This document shows, in pieces, positions 7,151-14,329 of a stretch of 35,199 bases of DNA. The notes under the pieces are model-generated. The model saw nothing but the letters and a program-made list of their open reading frames with translations. It was not told the origin of the DNA and did no database searches. The position numbers and the translations under genes were made by a program. The DNA comes from a virus, in the IMG/VR virus record IMGVR_UViG_3300039008_000097, positions 1 through 35,199 of that record. One strand, written 5' to 3'. Each line of letters opens with the position of its first letter. The stretch's first letter is position 1.

Positions 7151-8209
7151 TTATGCTGCTAACTCAATGCCTTTCGCGAAGTGGTGTGCCTCAAGTGGCA
7201 GCCCTTCGATAAACGTTTCTCGCTGATCCTGGGTAAGGTCTTCCAGAAGTTCAGTGACGCCCATTTCATCTTCCGCTTCGCAGCAGGCGAGCAAGTCGGC
7301 GCTAATTTGCTGTTCAATTTCGCGGCCCTTGGCGATCAATTCACGCCAAATAGCCTGGGTTCTGCCTTTTTGACCACGCTCGAATTCGTGATCCATAACG
7401 GACAATTTGATTCGTTCATCCAAGGGGTTCCACCACATATACAGAGCAAGGGGTTCTCCCTTTGTCAGTTCCAGGAACTTCTGTTTTTGCTCTGGACTGG
7501 CTTGTAAGTAGTCAGAAGTGGAAACCACCTGAGTGTCTTCCATACCTTCATGTTGGTTTATCACGCTAATGGCGGTGTCCAGACGCTCCCTTCCATTAGA
7601 TTGCGGCCATGATTTCGAAGCACGCTTAACCAAGGTTTTTTTGCGCATTTCATCTGGCCAGGTTTTCCATGGCCCGTTGTTAGCCTTGGATGTCTGGCGC
7701 ACTTTCTCCAGCTCCTCAAAGGTCATTACATCAACCATGTGTTCGCCAGTGGAAAGTTTTGCCAGGCAGTAACCGCCCACCAGTTCTCCGCGATCCTTGG
7801 AAAAGGGATTGTATTTATGGTTTGGCGGCTCCCACACACCATTCATTTCAAAATCGTCATTTTCGTAGACCAGAACAGCCTTTGCCCATTCAATGGCACC
7901 AGAGTCTGTTGCCAGCTTAACCAGCCCCTTATAGCTGATGTCCAGTTGTATGGCCCCATCACGAGGAACCAAATAGGCGTGAGCCAACGCTGGATTCAAA
8001 CTGATACCGACAGCAGCAACATTAAGAACGGCACTCCTGACGCTATTGGTGTTGTTTTGAGCGGTTTTTAGTGTGTAATCGCTTTTCTGGATCAACTGCT
8101 TCGCAAAAAGACACTCGCTCTCAAACTTCAAGTTGAAACTATTTTGAGTATTGAACTTATCTTTCAATGCTGGGAGCATTTCGATTATGTTTGCCACCTG
8201 TCCCATCAT
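7151..8209 (-). CDS. recT: RecT-family single-strand annealing recombinase with a C-terminal extension of about 110 aa
   Basis: The block VLNVAAVGISLNPALAHAYLVPRDG...ISYKGLVKLA...VYENDDF...GGYCLAKL...MTFEELEKVR...GPWKTWPDEMRKKTLVKR matches RecT family signatures as I remember them. Confidence 0.85.
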   Translation of the reverse strand: MMGQVANIIEMLPALKDKFNTQNSFNLKFESECLFAKQLIQKSDYTLKTAQNNTNSVRSAVLNVAAVGISLNPALAHAYLVPRDGAIQLDISYKGLVKLATDSGAIEWAKAVLVYENDDFEMNGVWEPPNHKYNPFSKDRGELVGGYCLAKLSTGEHMVDVMTFEELEKVRQTSKANNGPWKTWPDEMRKKTLVKRASKSWPQSNGRERLDTAISVINQHEGMEDTQVVSTSDYLQASPEQKQKFLELTKGEPLALYMWWNPLDERIKLSVMDHEFERGQKGRTQAIWRELIAKGREIEQQISADLLACCEAEDEMGVTELLEDLTQDQRETFIEGLPLEAHHFAKGIELAA

Positions 8210-8544
8210 TAATCCCCCATTATCCGGGCCGCCTTCTCTTCAATATCATTGATATAGAGAATGGCAGCGTTTGCTATAGCCTTGATATGCTTTGCATCCA
8301 GGTGGTTAATGTCGTTTACTGATTTAACATATCGGCCAGCCACAGAAACACAAGGAATGGAGTTTCGCAAATCTCGCAACAACTCAAGATCACCAACTAG
8401 CGCATCGCACACACAGTCGTCATCCTCAAAAGCCTCATCAAAGCAATTCTCCAAATCTTGAGGCGAAGGATCATCAACACCATCAAAGTATGTATCTATA
8501 CGATCCTCCATGGTGATCCTGCAGCTTTCATCTGAATATTCCAT
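8209..8544 (-). CDS. Acidic hypothetical protein, about 111 aa (trimmed from track ORF 8209..8619)
   Basis: The internal ATG at 8544 has a GAGGATAGGAAAG RBS. The longer version would overlap 8528..8809 extensively. Confidence 0.55.
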   Translation of the reverse strand: MEYSDESCRITMEDRIDTYFDGVDDPSPQDLENCFDEAFEDDDCVCDALVGDLELLRDLRNSIPCVSVAGRYVKSVNDINHLDAKHIKAIANAAILYINDIEEKAARIMGD

Positions 8545-8809
8545 CTTTCCTATCCTCTGCCCACCGCGCGTAATTCTTTTCTGTTTCAACTTGGCCAGGG
8601 CAAACATTTTTCGTCGCAAACTTTCTTAAGCTACCCCAGTACCTGCAAGGTGGGTGATAAATTCCGGCGTTCCCACCTGGCCAGTTCATCGCGTCACGCT
8701 CAGTATCCCAAACATCAACGCCCAGTTGCTTGTAGTTGCTGTCAGCCCTGGCAAATAGCACGCTAACAACGGGCTGTTTCGGACATTCATTGCGCTGCGC
8801 TTCATTCAT
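8528..8809 (-). CDS. Hypothetical protein, 93 aa
   Basis: ORF track. Contains an HPPCRYWG motif. No family named with confidence. Confidence 0.55.
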   Translation of the reverse strand: MNEAQRNECPKQPVVSVLFARADSNYKQLGVDVWDTERDAMNWPGGNAGIYHPPCRYWGSLRKFATKNVCPGQVETEKNYARWAEDRKDGIFR

Positions 8810-8826
8810 GCCGTAAATCCCAAAGG

Positions 8827-9123
8827 TTATGTGCCTATCTTATCGAATACATAGCCAGCTTTTCTAAAAAAGGCTTCATGGCTCGCATTTCCAGATATAA
8901 GCTCTAAATGTTCTTCTCTAAATGGGTTGAAAGCAGTTTTGTTAACTCGCTCAAATCTGCGAATAACTCGCAGCCCATCGGTTTTACTCTGCCATTTCTC
9001 ACCAATCCAAACAGGTTCTCTCGCTTTATTAATGGCCTTCATCATTGCATAAGTGTAGTGCTTTGATGGGGGTAAAAAGCACATAACAAGGCGTTCAAAA
9101 AGACTCATTACGCTTCGCTCCAT
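8827..9123 (-). CDS. Hypothetical protein, 98 aa
   Basis: ORF track. AT-rich by eye. Confidence 0.55.
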   Translation of the reverse strand: MERSVMSLFERLVMCFLPPSKHYTYAMMKAINKAREPVWIGEKWQSKTDGLRVIRRFERVNKTAFNPFREEHLELISGNASHEAFFRKAGYVFDKIGT

Positions 9124-9142
9124 TCACGTTTTAACATTTGGG

Positions 9143-9304
9143 TTATAACTCACCACAACCTATAGATTCGTCATACGCCGGCCAGCGCCCAGCCTTTACC
9201 ATTTCGCAGTAGTTATCACGCTGCTTTAACTCATCCTCATAGTCGTTGGCACCCACATAACCATAAGCAACCACAGCAACTATTACAGCAATCAATGTTT
9301 TCAT
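9143..9304 (-). CDS. Small 53-aa protein with N-terminal hydrophobic/signal-like segment; first gene of the left arm (not in ORF track)
   Basis: ATG 9304 with an AGGAG RBS. Translation MKTLIAVIVAVVAYGYVGANDYEDELKQRDNYCEMVKAGRWPAYDESIGCGEL. Confidence 0.5.
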   Translation of the reverse strand: MKTLIAVIVAVVAYGYVGANDYEDELKQRDNYCEMVKAGRWPAYDESIGCGEL

Positions 9305-9329
9305 AACGATCTCCTAGAATCTAAAAACC

Positions 9330-9358
9330 AATCTACACACAAAAAATAGTTGACGCAA
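9330..9358 (-). promoter_or_regulatory. Candidate leftward early promoter
   Basis: The minus strand reads TTGCGT, 17 nt, TAGATT. The -35 overlaps the -35 of the rightward promoter. Confidence 0.35.
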
Positions 9359-9378
9359 GCACTTTATTAAAATAAATT
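9350..9378 (+). promoter_or_regulatory. Candidate rightward early promoter
   Basis: TTGACG (9350-9355), 17 nt, TAAATT (9373-9378), upstream of the Cro-like gene. Confidence 0.4.
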
Positions 9379-9416
9379 AGCAATATTGAAAAACAAACCA
9401 CTAATAGGAATATTCA

Positions 9417-9620
9417 ATGAATATCGGCAAGTCGATAAAAATAGCGTGTGCCCAAAAAAGCATGAAGCAAATTGAGCTGGCGGAATCACTGGGCTTAACC
9501 CCAATAACGGTAAGCCGAATGGCCAACAATAAAGGTGAAGCGTTAAGAAAGGAGACGCTAGAAGAGCTGGCAAATGTTTTTGAAATGCCAGTATCAGAAT
9601 TTATTGCTCTTGGCGAATAG
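9417..9620 (+). CDS. XRE-family HTH regulator, Cro-like
   Basis: 67 aa. The pattern QIELAESLGLTPITVSRMANN is a classic HTH. It is the first gene of the right arm, with an AGGAA RBS. Confidence 0.85.
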   Translation: MNIGKSIKIACAQKSMKQIELAESLGLTPITVSRMANNKGEALRKETLEELANVFEMPVSEFIALGE

Positions 9621-9633
9621 ATAGCTTTTCGCT

Positions 9634-10407
9634 ATGAAAGGCTGGATAAAACTACACCGTTCGCTTAATGAGCACTGGATTTGGAATTTCGACGCTCCCG
9701 ACAAGGCTATGGCCTGGGTGGACTTACTTTTGATGGCGAGGCATTCAGATGGTGAGATTATGCTGAAAGGCCGAGTGCAGCCTGTGCTTCGAGGGCAAGT
9801 AGCAATGTCTCAGCTTGCCCTGCAAAAACGATGGAAATGGTCGCAGAACAAAGTAAAAAGGTTTTTAAAACTACTGAAAAACGAACGTATGGCCGACTTT
9901 GAAACGAACGACCTGACAACCATTATAAGTATTTGTAATTTCAACACTTATCAAAATGATGATGTGATGGGCGAACGACCAAGCGAACGACCAACCGGAC
10001 GACCAGTCGAACGATACGCGGACGAGCAGTCGAACGACGATATAAGAATGAAAGAAGGGAAAGAAGGGAAGAATGTAAAGAAAAAACAAACGGTGCCTTC
10101 GGCACCGGTGGACTTCTCTGTGTTCGGAATGCAGCCAAATCACATTGATGAGATCAAGCGAATACGGCGGAAAAACAAAGGCGGCGCGATAACCCAGCGG
10201 GTAGCCAATGCACTGGCAAAAGAATTTCACCAGGCATCGCAGCTTGGCTACACATTCGACGAGCTGATTACCGAATGGGAAGTTAGAGGCTGGAAGTCGT
10301 TCAAGGCCGAATGGATAAAGCCAAAGGCAGCATCGGCGGTTAGCAGAGAGAATCAGAAATCTTTAGACCGATATCAATCAATCATGGATATAGAGCTTGG
10401 AGACTGA
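9634..10407 (+). CDS. Putative replication initiator / replisome organiser (lambda O analogue)
   Basis: The N-terminus WIKLHRSL..HWIW is typical of phage replication winged-helix proteins as I recall them. The position after cro fits, and there is an internal iteron array in a low-complexity linker. Confidence 0.65.
   Translation: MKGWIKLHRSLNEHWIWNFDAPDKAMAWVDLLLMARHSDGEIMLKGRVQPVLRGQVAMSQLALQKRWKWSQNKVKRFLKLLKNERMADFETNDLTTIISICNFNTYQNDDVMGERPSERPTGRPVERYADEQSNDDIRMKEGKEGKNVKKKQTVPSAPVDFSVFGMQPNHIDEIKRIRRKNKGGAITQRVANALAKEFHQASQLGYTFDELITEWEVRGWKSFKAEWIKPKAASAVSRENQKSLDRYQSIMDIELGD
9971..10107. promoter_or_regulatory. Putative replication origin: six CG(A/G)ACGA iterons, a purine/A-rich tract and a palindrome
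   Basis: CGAACGA or CGGACGA occurs at 9972, 9984, 9996, 10008, 10019 and 10031 (spacing 12,12,12,11,12). AAAGAAGGG is repeated in tandem at 10051 and 10060 inside an A-rich tract. The palindrome CGGTGCC-TTC-GGCACCG lies at 10091-10107. Confidence 0.5.
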
Positions 10408-11071
10408 AATGGAGCATTGGGACAGATTCAAACAATCAATGGCTATGCTGGGCGAGGTGTATGACAAGGAAATAACGCCAGCCAAACTAAAAATATATTG
10501 GCAGCTTTTGAAGCAATACCCCATTGACTCCATAGAGAATGCTGTATTGGCTCACATCAGCCAACCAAATTCAGCGTTTTTCCCGAAGCCCGGCGAGCTG
10601 ATAAAGCACATACAAGGCGACGAAATAACCGGCGACATGATAATCGCTGCCGCCAGGCTTTGCGAAACCCCCCTTGGCTGCCTTGCTCGCATCAAGATTG
10701 GCCAGTGGGACTTGGAGAACCAGGATGCATTCTACCTGCGCCAGAGAGCCGCTGAATGCTTGCAGTTGTTGCCAGAGTGGAAAGCCAAGGCTGCTGCTGG
10801 CGAATACACCGACCACGAAATTAGCGTAATGCTGAAATACGACATCAGCCCCGCTGCGCCGTTCTTCGCTGGACTGGCAGCCCCAGCAAACGCCAACGCG
10901 CTGCTTTCCAGAGTTAAGGCCATCAGCAAGTCAGAACGGCATCTGAAATTCATTGAGCCGCCGCATGATGCCAGCGATACAGACAAGAAGGCTGCAGCTC
11001 ATCCAGATGTGCAGAAACACATCGCACTATTGGCTCAAGAGGTATCGATCAGTGAAGAATCCGATACTTAA
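10397..11071 (+). CDS. Hypothetical replication-associated protein (position of a helicase loader)
   Basis: ORF track. Overlaps the initiator gene by 11 nt. The function is inferred from position only. Confidence 0.6.
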   Translation: METEMEHWDRFKQSMAMLGEVYDKEITPAKLKIYWQLLKQYPIDSIENAVLAHISQPNSAFFPKPGELIKHIQGDEITGDMIIAAARLCETPLGCLARIKIGQWDLENQDAFYLRQRAAECLQLLPEWKAKAAAGEYTDHEISVMLKYDISPAAPFFAGLAAPANANALLSRVKAISKSERHLKFIEPPHDASDTDKKAAAHPDVQKHIALLAQEVSISEESDT

Positions 11072-11288
11072 CTGGAGCTGGGATAAGCCGACACAGGACG
11101 GCCTGTACCTGGCTTGCTGCGGCGATGTCGAGACTGAAGCCAACATTCAGCCATTCAGATTGGTTCAGAGCTGCGCTGACTGCTACACCGGCTCAGAGTG
11201 GCCAGTTTATAACAGGGATGATGTTGCTCAATGGCATACGTCATTCAAATTCGCCAAGCTGTGCTTTGGCATTGAAGCGGGAGAGTAA
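11052..11288 (+). CDS. Hypothetical 78-aa protein (trimmed from track ORF 10953..11288)
   Basis: GTG at 11052 is preceded by AGAGG. The longer ATG version would overlap 10397..11071 by about 120 nt. Confidence 0.45.
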   Translation: MKNPILNWSWDKPTQDGLYLACCGDVETEANIQPFRLVQSCADCYTGSEWPVYNRDDVAQWHTSFKFAKLCFGIEAGE

Positions 11289-11290
11289 CT

Positions 11291-11845
11291 ATGGCACTAA
11301 CTTACCATGAAATTCGGCAGGCAAGGATTGAGGCTGAACAGACTATTGCCAGAGCGGATGAAGCCGCCAGACAGGCAGCCAGATTGATACAGGGAAGGCT
11401 TCGCGCCTCTGGCATCTGGAATACGCGATTTTCAGGAAAGGTTGCCGGGGCCTGCAGCAATGGCTATATCAGGATCGGAATACTTGGCCAGAGAATAAAA
11501 GCTCATCGCTTGGCTTTTCTCTATATGACTAGCGGAATCCCTGCTGTAGTTGACCACAGGAACCATATCACTACAGATAACTCCTGGGAAAATATCAGGC
11601 CATCAAACCACTCTTTAAACAACGCCAACACAGTACTCAGAGCTGACAATACAACAGGGTTTAAGGGTGTGAGCTGGAAGAAAGAAAGGCGCGCTTTTGT
11701 CACACAGATAGCTGAAGGCGGGAGAAAAAAACATCTTGGATATTTTAATTGCTTTATAGAGGCTGCAACGGAATACGATAAAGCAGCTATAAGCCTCTTT
11801 GGCTCACACGTCCTAACCAATGAATCACTTGGTCTTCTGCCATGA
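11291..11845 (+). CDS. HNH endonuclease with C-terminal AP2 DNA-binding domain (free-standing homing-type endonuclease)
   Basis: AHRLAFLY...VDHRNHITTDNSWENIRPSNHSLN is HNH_3-like. It is followed by TGFKGVSW...F...I...GK..HLGYF....EAA.AYD.AA, which is AP2-like. Confidence 0.85.
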   Translation: MALTYHEIRQARIEAEQTIARADEAARQAARLIQGRLRASGIWNTRFSGKVAGACSNGYIRIGILGQRIKAHRLAFLYMTSGIPAVVDHRNHITTDNSWENIRPSNHSLNNANTVLRADNTTGFKGVSWKKERRAFVTQIAEGGRKKHLGYFNCFIEAATEYDKAAISLFGSHVLTNESLGLLP

Positions 11846-12279
11846 AAATAGAGATGGTAAAGCAGCCTGGTGGCATCCTGGCTCCAGCGACTGACGAAGA
11901 TTCAGAGGCTCTTTCCAAATTCAAAACAGGCGAACAATATCAGATTGAAATTAAGCGAGCAAGAAACCCAGCATTTCACCGCAAGACGTTTGCATTTTTC
12001 AAGTTCTGTTTTGAGCACTGGAGCAGCGACAGAGAGTTTATGAACGAAAGAGGTCAGTTTGATGTGTTCCGTAACAATCTAACCGTTTTAGCTGGTTTTT
12101 ATACTGAATATTATAACCTTAAGGGAGAGGTGAGAATTGAGGCAAAATCCCTTTCTTTTGGTAGCATGTCACAGGATGAGTTTGAGCAACACTATCAAGC
12201 GCTTATTGCCGCAGCGATGAGGAATATCTTCAAAGGCTGTGACTCAAGCGTTGAAAACCAGTTACTTAGCTTTTTCTGA
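11842..12279 (+). CDS. DUF1367-like phage protein
   Basis: The pattern K.PGG.L.PAT.E..E.L.K.K.G......KR.RNPAFHRK.FA...F.FE.W and ...SLSF..M...EF...Y matches my memory of DUF1367 nin-region proteins. Confidence 0.65.
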   Translation: MKIEMVKQPGGILAPATDEDSEALSKFKTGEQYQIEIKRARNPAFHRKTFAFFKFCFEHWSSDREFMNERGQFDVFRNNLTVLAGFYTEYYNLKGEVRIEAKSLSFGSMSQDEFEQHYQALIAAAMRNIFKGCDSSVENQLLSFF

Positions 12280-12368
12280 AGACAGGGTAATGGAACAGCG
12301 TCACGATGATCAGTATGAGGGGATTGGTTTAATTCACTGCCTGGCGCTTCTAGCTATTGGCACTTTGA

Positions 12369-13016
12369 ATGGTTTTTTCTGGGGATGGGTATTTTTTGGC
12401 TAACTCAAAAAGAAAATGTACTGGCTGCGGTGACCGCTTCTCCGCTGACACAATGTTAAAACTGCCTACTGGTCACTTTCACTCGATTGATTGCGCCACA
12501 ACATACGCCCAGAACAAGCAGCAGAAGGCCAGAGAGCGGCAGATGGCCAAGCTCAAGCGTGATCAGCGGGATAAGGATAAGGCAGCCAGAGCAAAACACA
12601 GGGCAGCCAAGGAGGCATTGAAAACCGTGGGCGACTACATCAAAGAGGCTCAGGCATCAGTCAACAGGTATGTACGCCTCAGAGACCATGGCAAGCCCTG
12701 TATTAGCTGTGGCAGCACACCGGGGAAAAAGTATGGCGGAACCATGGATGCTGGCCACTACCGCAGCCGTGGAGCTGCTGGACACCTTCGATTCAACCTT
12801 TGGAACATCCACGCTCAATGTGTGAAGTGCAACCGATACAACTCAGGCAATGCGGTGGATTACAGACTAAGGTTGATTGATCGAATCGGCATTGAAAAAG
12901 TGACCGCCCTGGAAAGCGACAACAGCACAAGAAAATTCACTGTTGAATACCTGAAGCGAGTTAAAAAGATATTCAACAAAAAGTATCGCATGAAGAAAAA
13001 AGCCATGGGAATTTAG
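12369..13016 (+). CDS. ninG: NinG/Rap-family recombination endonuclease
   Basis: KPCISCGS.....DAGHYRSRGAAGHLRFNLWNIHAQCVKCNRYNSGN...YR..L..RIG closely parallels lambda NinG. The start is uncertain: ATG 12369 or in-frame TTG 12396. A possible 37-aa TM ORF at 12290..12403 overlaps the 5' end. Confidence 0.85.
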   Translation: MVFSGDGYFLANSKRKCTGCGDRFSADTMLKLPTGHFHSIDCATTYAQNKQQKARERQMAKLKRDQRDKDKAARAKHRAAKEALKTVGDYIKEAQASVNRYVRLRDHGKPCISCGSTPGKKYGGTMDAGHYRSRGAAGHLRFNLWNIHAQCVKCNRYNSGNAVDYRLRLIDRIGIEKVTALESDNSTRKFTVEYLKRVKKIFNKKYRMKKKAMGI

Positions 13017-13027
13017 AGGAGAAGGCT

Positions 13028-13201
13028 ATGATACACCGCATAAAGCACGGAATCCGCATAGGCGGCCCATATCAGTTAAGTGATGGAAATTACATATTTT
13101 CCAATGCAGACACACGAAAAGGCAAAAGAATACTGAAAAAACGCGGATATGAGCCTCACAATACATTATTTGGCCCATGTTTTAGGAAGAAAATGAAATG
13201 A
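13028..13201 (+). CDS. Hypothetical 57-aa basic protein (not in ORF track)
   Basis: ATG 13028 with a strong GGAGAAGG RBS. Its TGA overlaps the next ATG. Confidence 0.5.
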   Translation: MIHRIKHGIRIGGPYQLSDGNYIFSNADTRKGKRILKKRGYEPHNTLFGPCFRKKMK

Positions 13202-13329
13202 TGTGTCCTGTATGCTGCTCCCCCACAAAAGTCCTGAATGTCATCAAGAAAAAGACGCGACCTGACAGAAACATTGACGAAGACAAAGTGATTAGGCACA
13301 GAAAGTGCGTCAATAAAATATGTGGGTAG
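13198..13329 (+). pseudogene. 5' fragment of a Zn-ribbon protein gene truncated by the IS insertion
   Basis: MMCPVCCSPTKVLNVIKKKTRPDRNIDEDKVIRHRKCVNKICG is followed by a TAG (13327-13329) formed at the IS junction. The CxxC ... CxxxxC pattern suggests a Zn ribbon. Confidence 0.7.
13321..13328. repeat. Target-site duplication, left copy (TGTGGGTA)
   Basis: The 8 bp abutting the left IR match 7 of the 8 bp abutting the right IR (TGTGGGGA at 16180-16187). Confidence 0.6.
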
Positions 13330-13350
13330 GTAGTGGGTCAGTTTGAAATT
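13329..13350. repeat. Terminal inverted repeat next to the transposase 3' end: GGTAGTGGGTCAGTTTGAAATT
   Basis: Exact reverse complement of 16158-16179. Complementarity extends one more base to 13328/16180. Confidence 0.9.
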
Positions 13351-14252
13351 TTCTTATACGGCCCTCTTTTCTTGGATGGAGGAGCCATGGCGTCTATCAG
13401 ACCCACAATGAATTCTAGATCATAGACACTATCAGCAATTCCGGCTTCCATAGCAGGTGTTACCCTCAGCGACTTATGGATACGGCAGAAATTGTAGTAC
13501 ATGTAATGCAGTGATATGGCGTGCATGTGATTTTCAATCTTCTTGCTGAATCCATTGGTCAAGCGTGTAAATCGCCGCATAGACATTCTCATGGTGAGAT
13601 TCTGGCGCTCAACGTAGCTGGTGCTAATGTGCTTGGGATTCGGATCGCCTTTCTTGACTTGTCTCTCGGCCCTTACAAATTCGGATGGTGAATAACGGCG
13701 ATTTGTCTCTTTATCCGTGTAAGGGCCGTATATCTTTATGAGTCGACCATAATCGATGTTGTTGCCAAAACTGTCGTCTATGGCGCTCAGGTAGGGTTGG
13801 TGGCCATCGGTCGACAGTTGGACGCGATTAGCCAGACGAGAGGCCAAATCTTCAATAAACAGCTCAGCGTGCTCTAGGGTGCGATTTCCGACGTGCCAGC
13901 AGGGAACCAGCTTGGTATCAGAGTCAATGGCCACCCAGGTCCAAATATCGCCAGCCTGGTCTTTCTTCTCTTCCGGTACGTTCTTTTGCTTGGCGTACAC
14001 AAACGACCAGATTTCGTCGCATTGCACCCGCTGACAGCTCAGATTGCGCAACACACGGTCCTGATAGCCCAAACAGGCCTCGCCAGCGTCTCTGAGCAAC
14101 TTGCAGACCGTATTCCGGCTGACATCCGCCATACGAGCGGCAGCCCTCAGAGAATTACCCTCAACAAGCATGTGCAGTATCTGGGCGCGTTGGTTGGTAC
14201 TCAATTTATTCATACTGAACATTATGCATGACCGGCCAAGAAATGCAAGCAT
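13338..14252 (-). CDS. IS1-family-like DDE transposase (single ORF)
   Basis: N-terminal HTH (NSLRAAARMADVSRNTVCKLL). The C-terminal block SYVERQNLTMRMSMRRFTRLTNGFSKKIENHMHAISLHYMYYNFCRIHKSL parallels the IS1 InsB motif (IERxNLxxRQ...R.T..FSK....H). The true start may be the Met at residue 11 or 14. Confidence 0.85.
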   Translation of the reverse strand: MLAFLGRSCIMFSMNKLSTNQRAQILHMLVEGNSLRAAARMADVSRNTVCKLLRDAGEACLGYQDRVLRNLSCQRVQCDEIWSFVYAKQKNVPEEKKDQAGDIWTWVAIDSDTKLVPCWHVGNRTLEHAELFIEDLASRLANRVQLSTDGHQPYLSAIDDSFGNNIDYGRLIKIYGPYTDKETNRRYSPSEFVRAERQVKKGDPNPKHISTSYVERQNLTMRMSMRRFTRLTNGFSKKIENHMHAISLHYMYYNFCRIHKSLRVTPAMEAGIADSVYDLEFIVGLIDAMAPPSKKRGPYKKISN

Positions 14253-14311
14253 ATAAGTTAAAATTCATGCTTGCATTTTGATCCTTGCGCCAATAATATG
14301 CAAGGATCAAA
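14241..14311. promoter_or_regulatory. Two abutting perfect 12-bp inverted repeats in the transposase / P63C divergent region
   Basis: Repeat A is AAATGCAAGCAT (14241-14252) with ATGCTTGCATTT (14267-14278). Repeat B is TTTGATCCTTGC (14277-14288) with GCAAGGATCAAA (14300-14311). Both share a TGCAAG/CTTGCA core. A further CTTGCA overlaps the P63C start codon at 14325-14332. Confidence 0.6.
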
Positions 14312-14329
14312 AAAAAGAGGGTTGCTTGC

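Noticed and set aside
8545-8619. N-terminal 25 codons of track ORF 8209..8619, and a possible frameshift or readthrough link between 8528..8809 and the downstream frame
   Set aside because: The internal ATG at 8544 has a good RBS. The idea that 8528..8809 is a truncated or frameshifted larger gene rested only on a vague memory of a family, and I could not support it from the sequence.
9871-10230. Minus-strand ORFs 9871..10230 and 9941..10138 inside the replication gene
   Set aside because: They are antisense to a gene with a recognisable N-terminal domain. Their repeats (VVRLVVRLVVR) merely mirror the iteron DNA.
10953-11051. N-terminal 33 codons of track ORF 10953..11288
   Set aside because: This stretch would overlap 10397..11071 by about 120 nt. 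A GTG at 11052 with an AGAGG RBS gives a conventional short overlap instead.
13893-14231. Plus-strand ORF 13893..14231 inside the transposase gene
   Set aside because: It is antisense to a protein with clear IS1-like motifs, so it is a shadow ORF.
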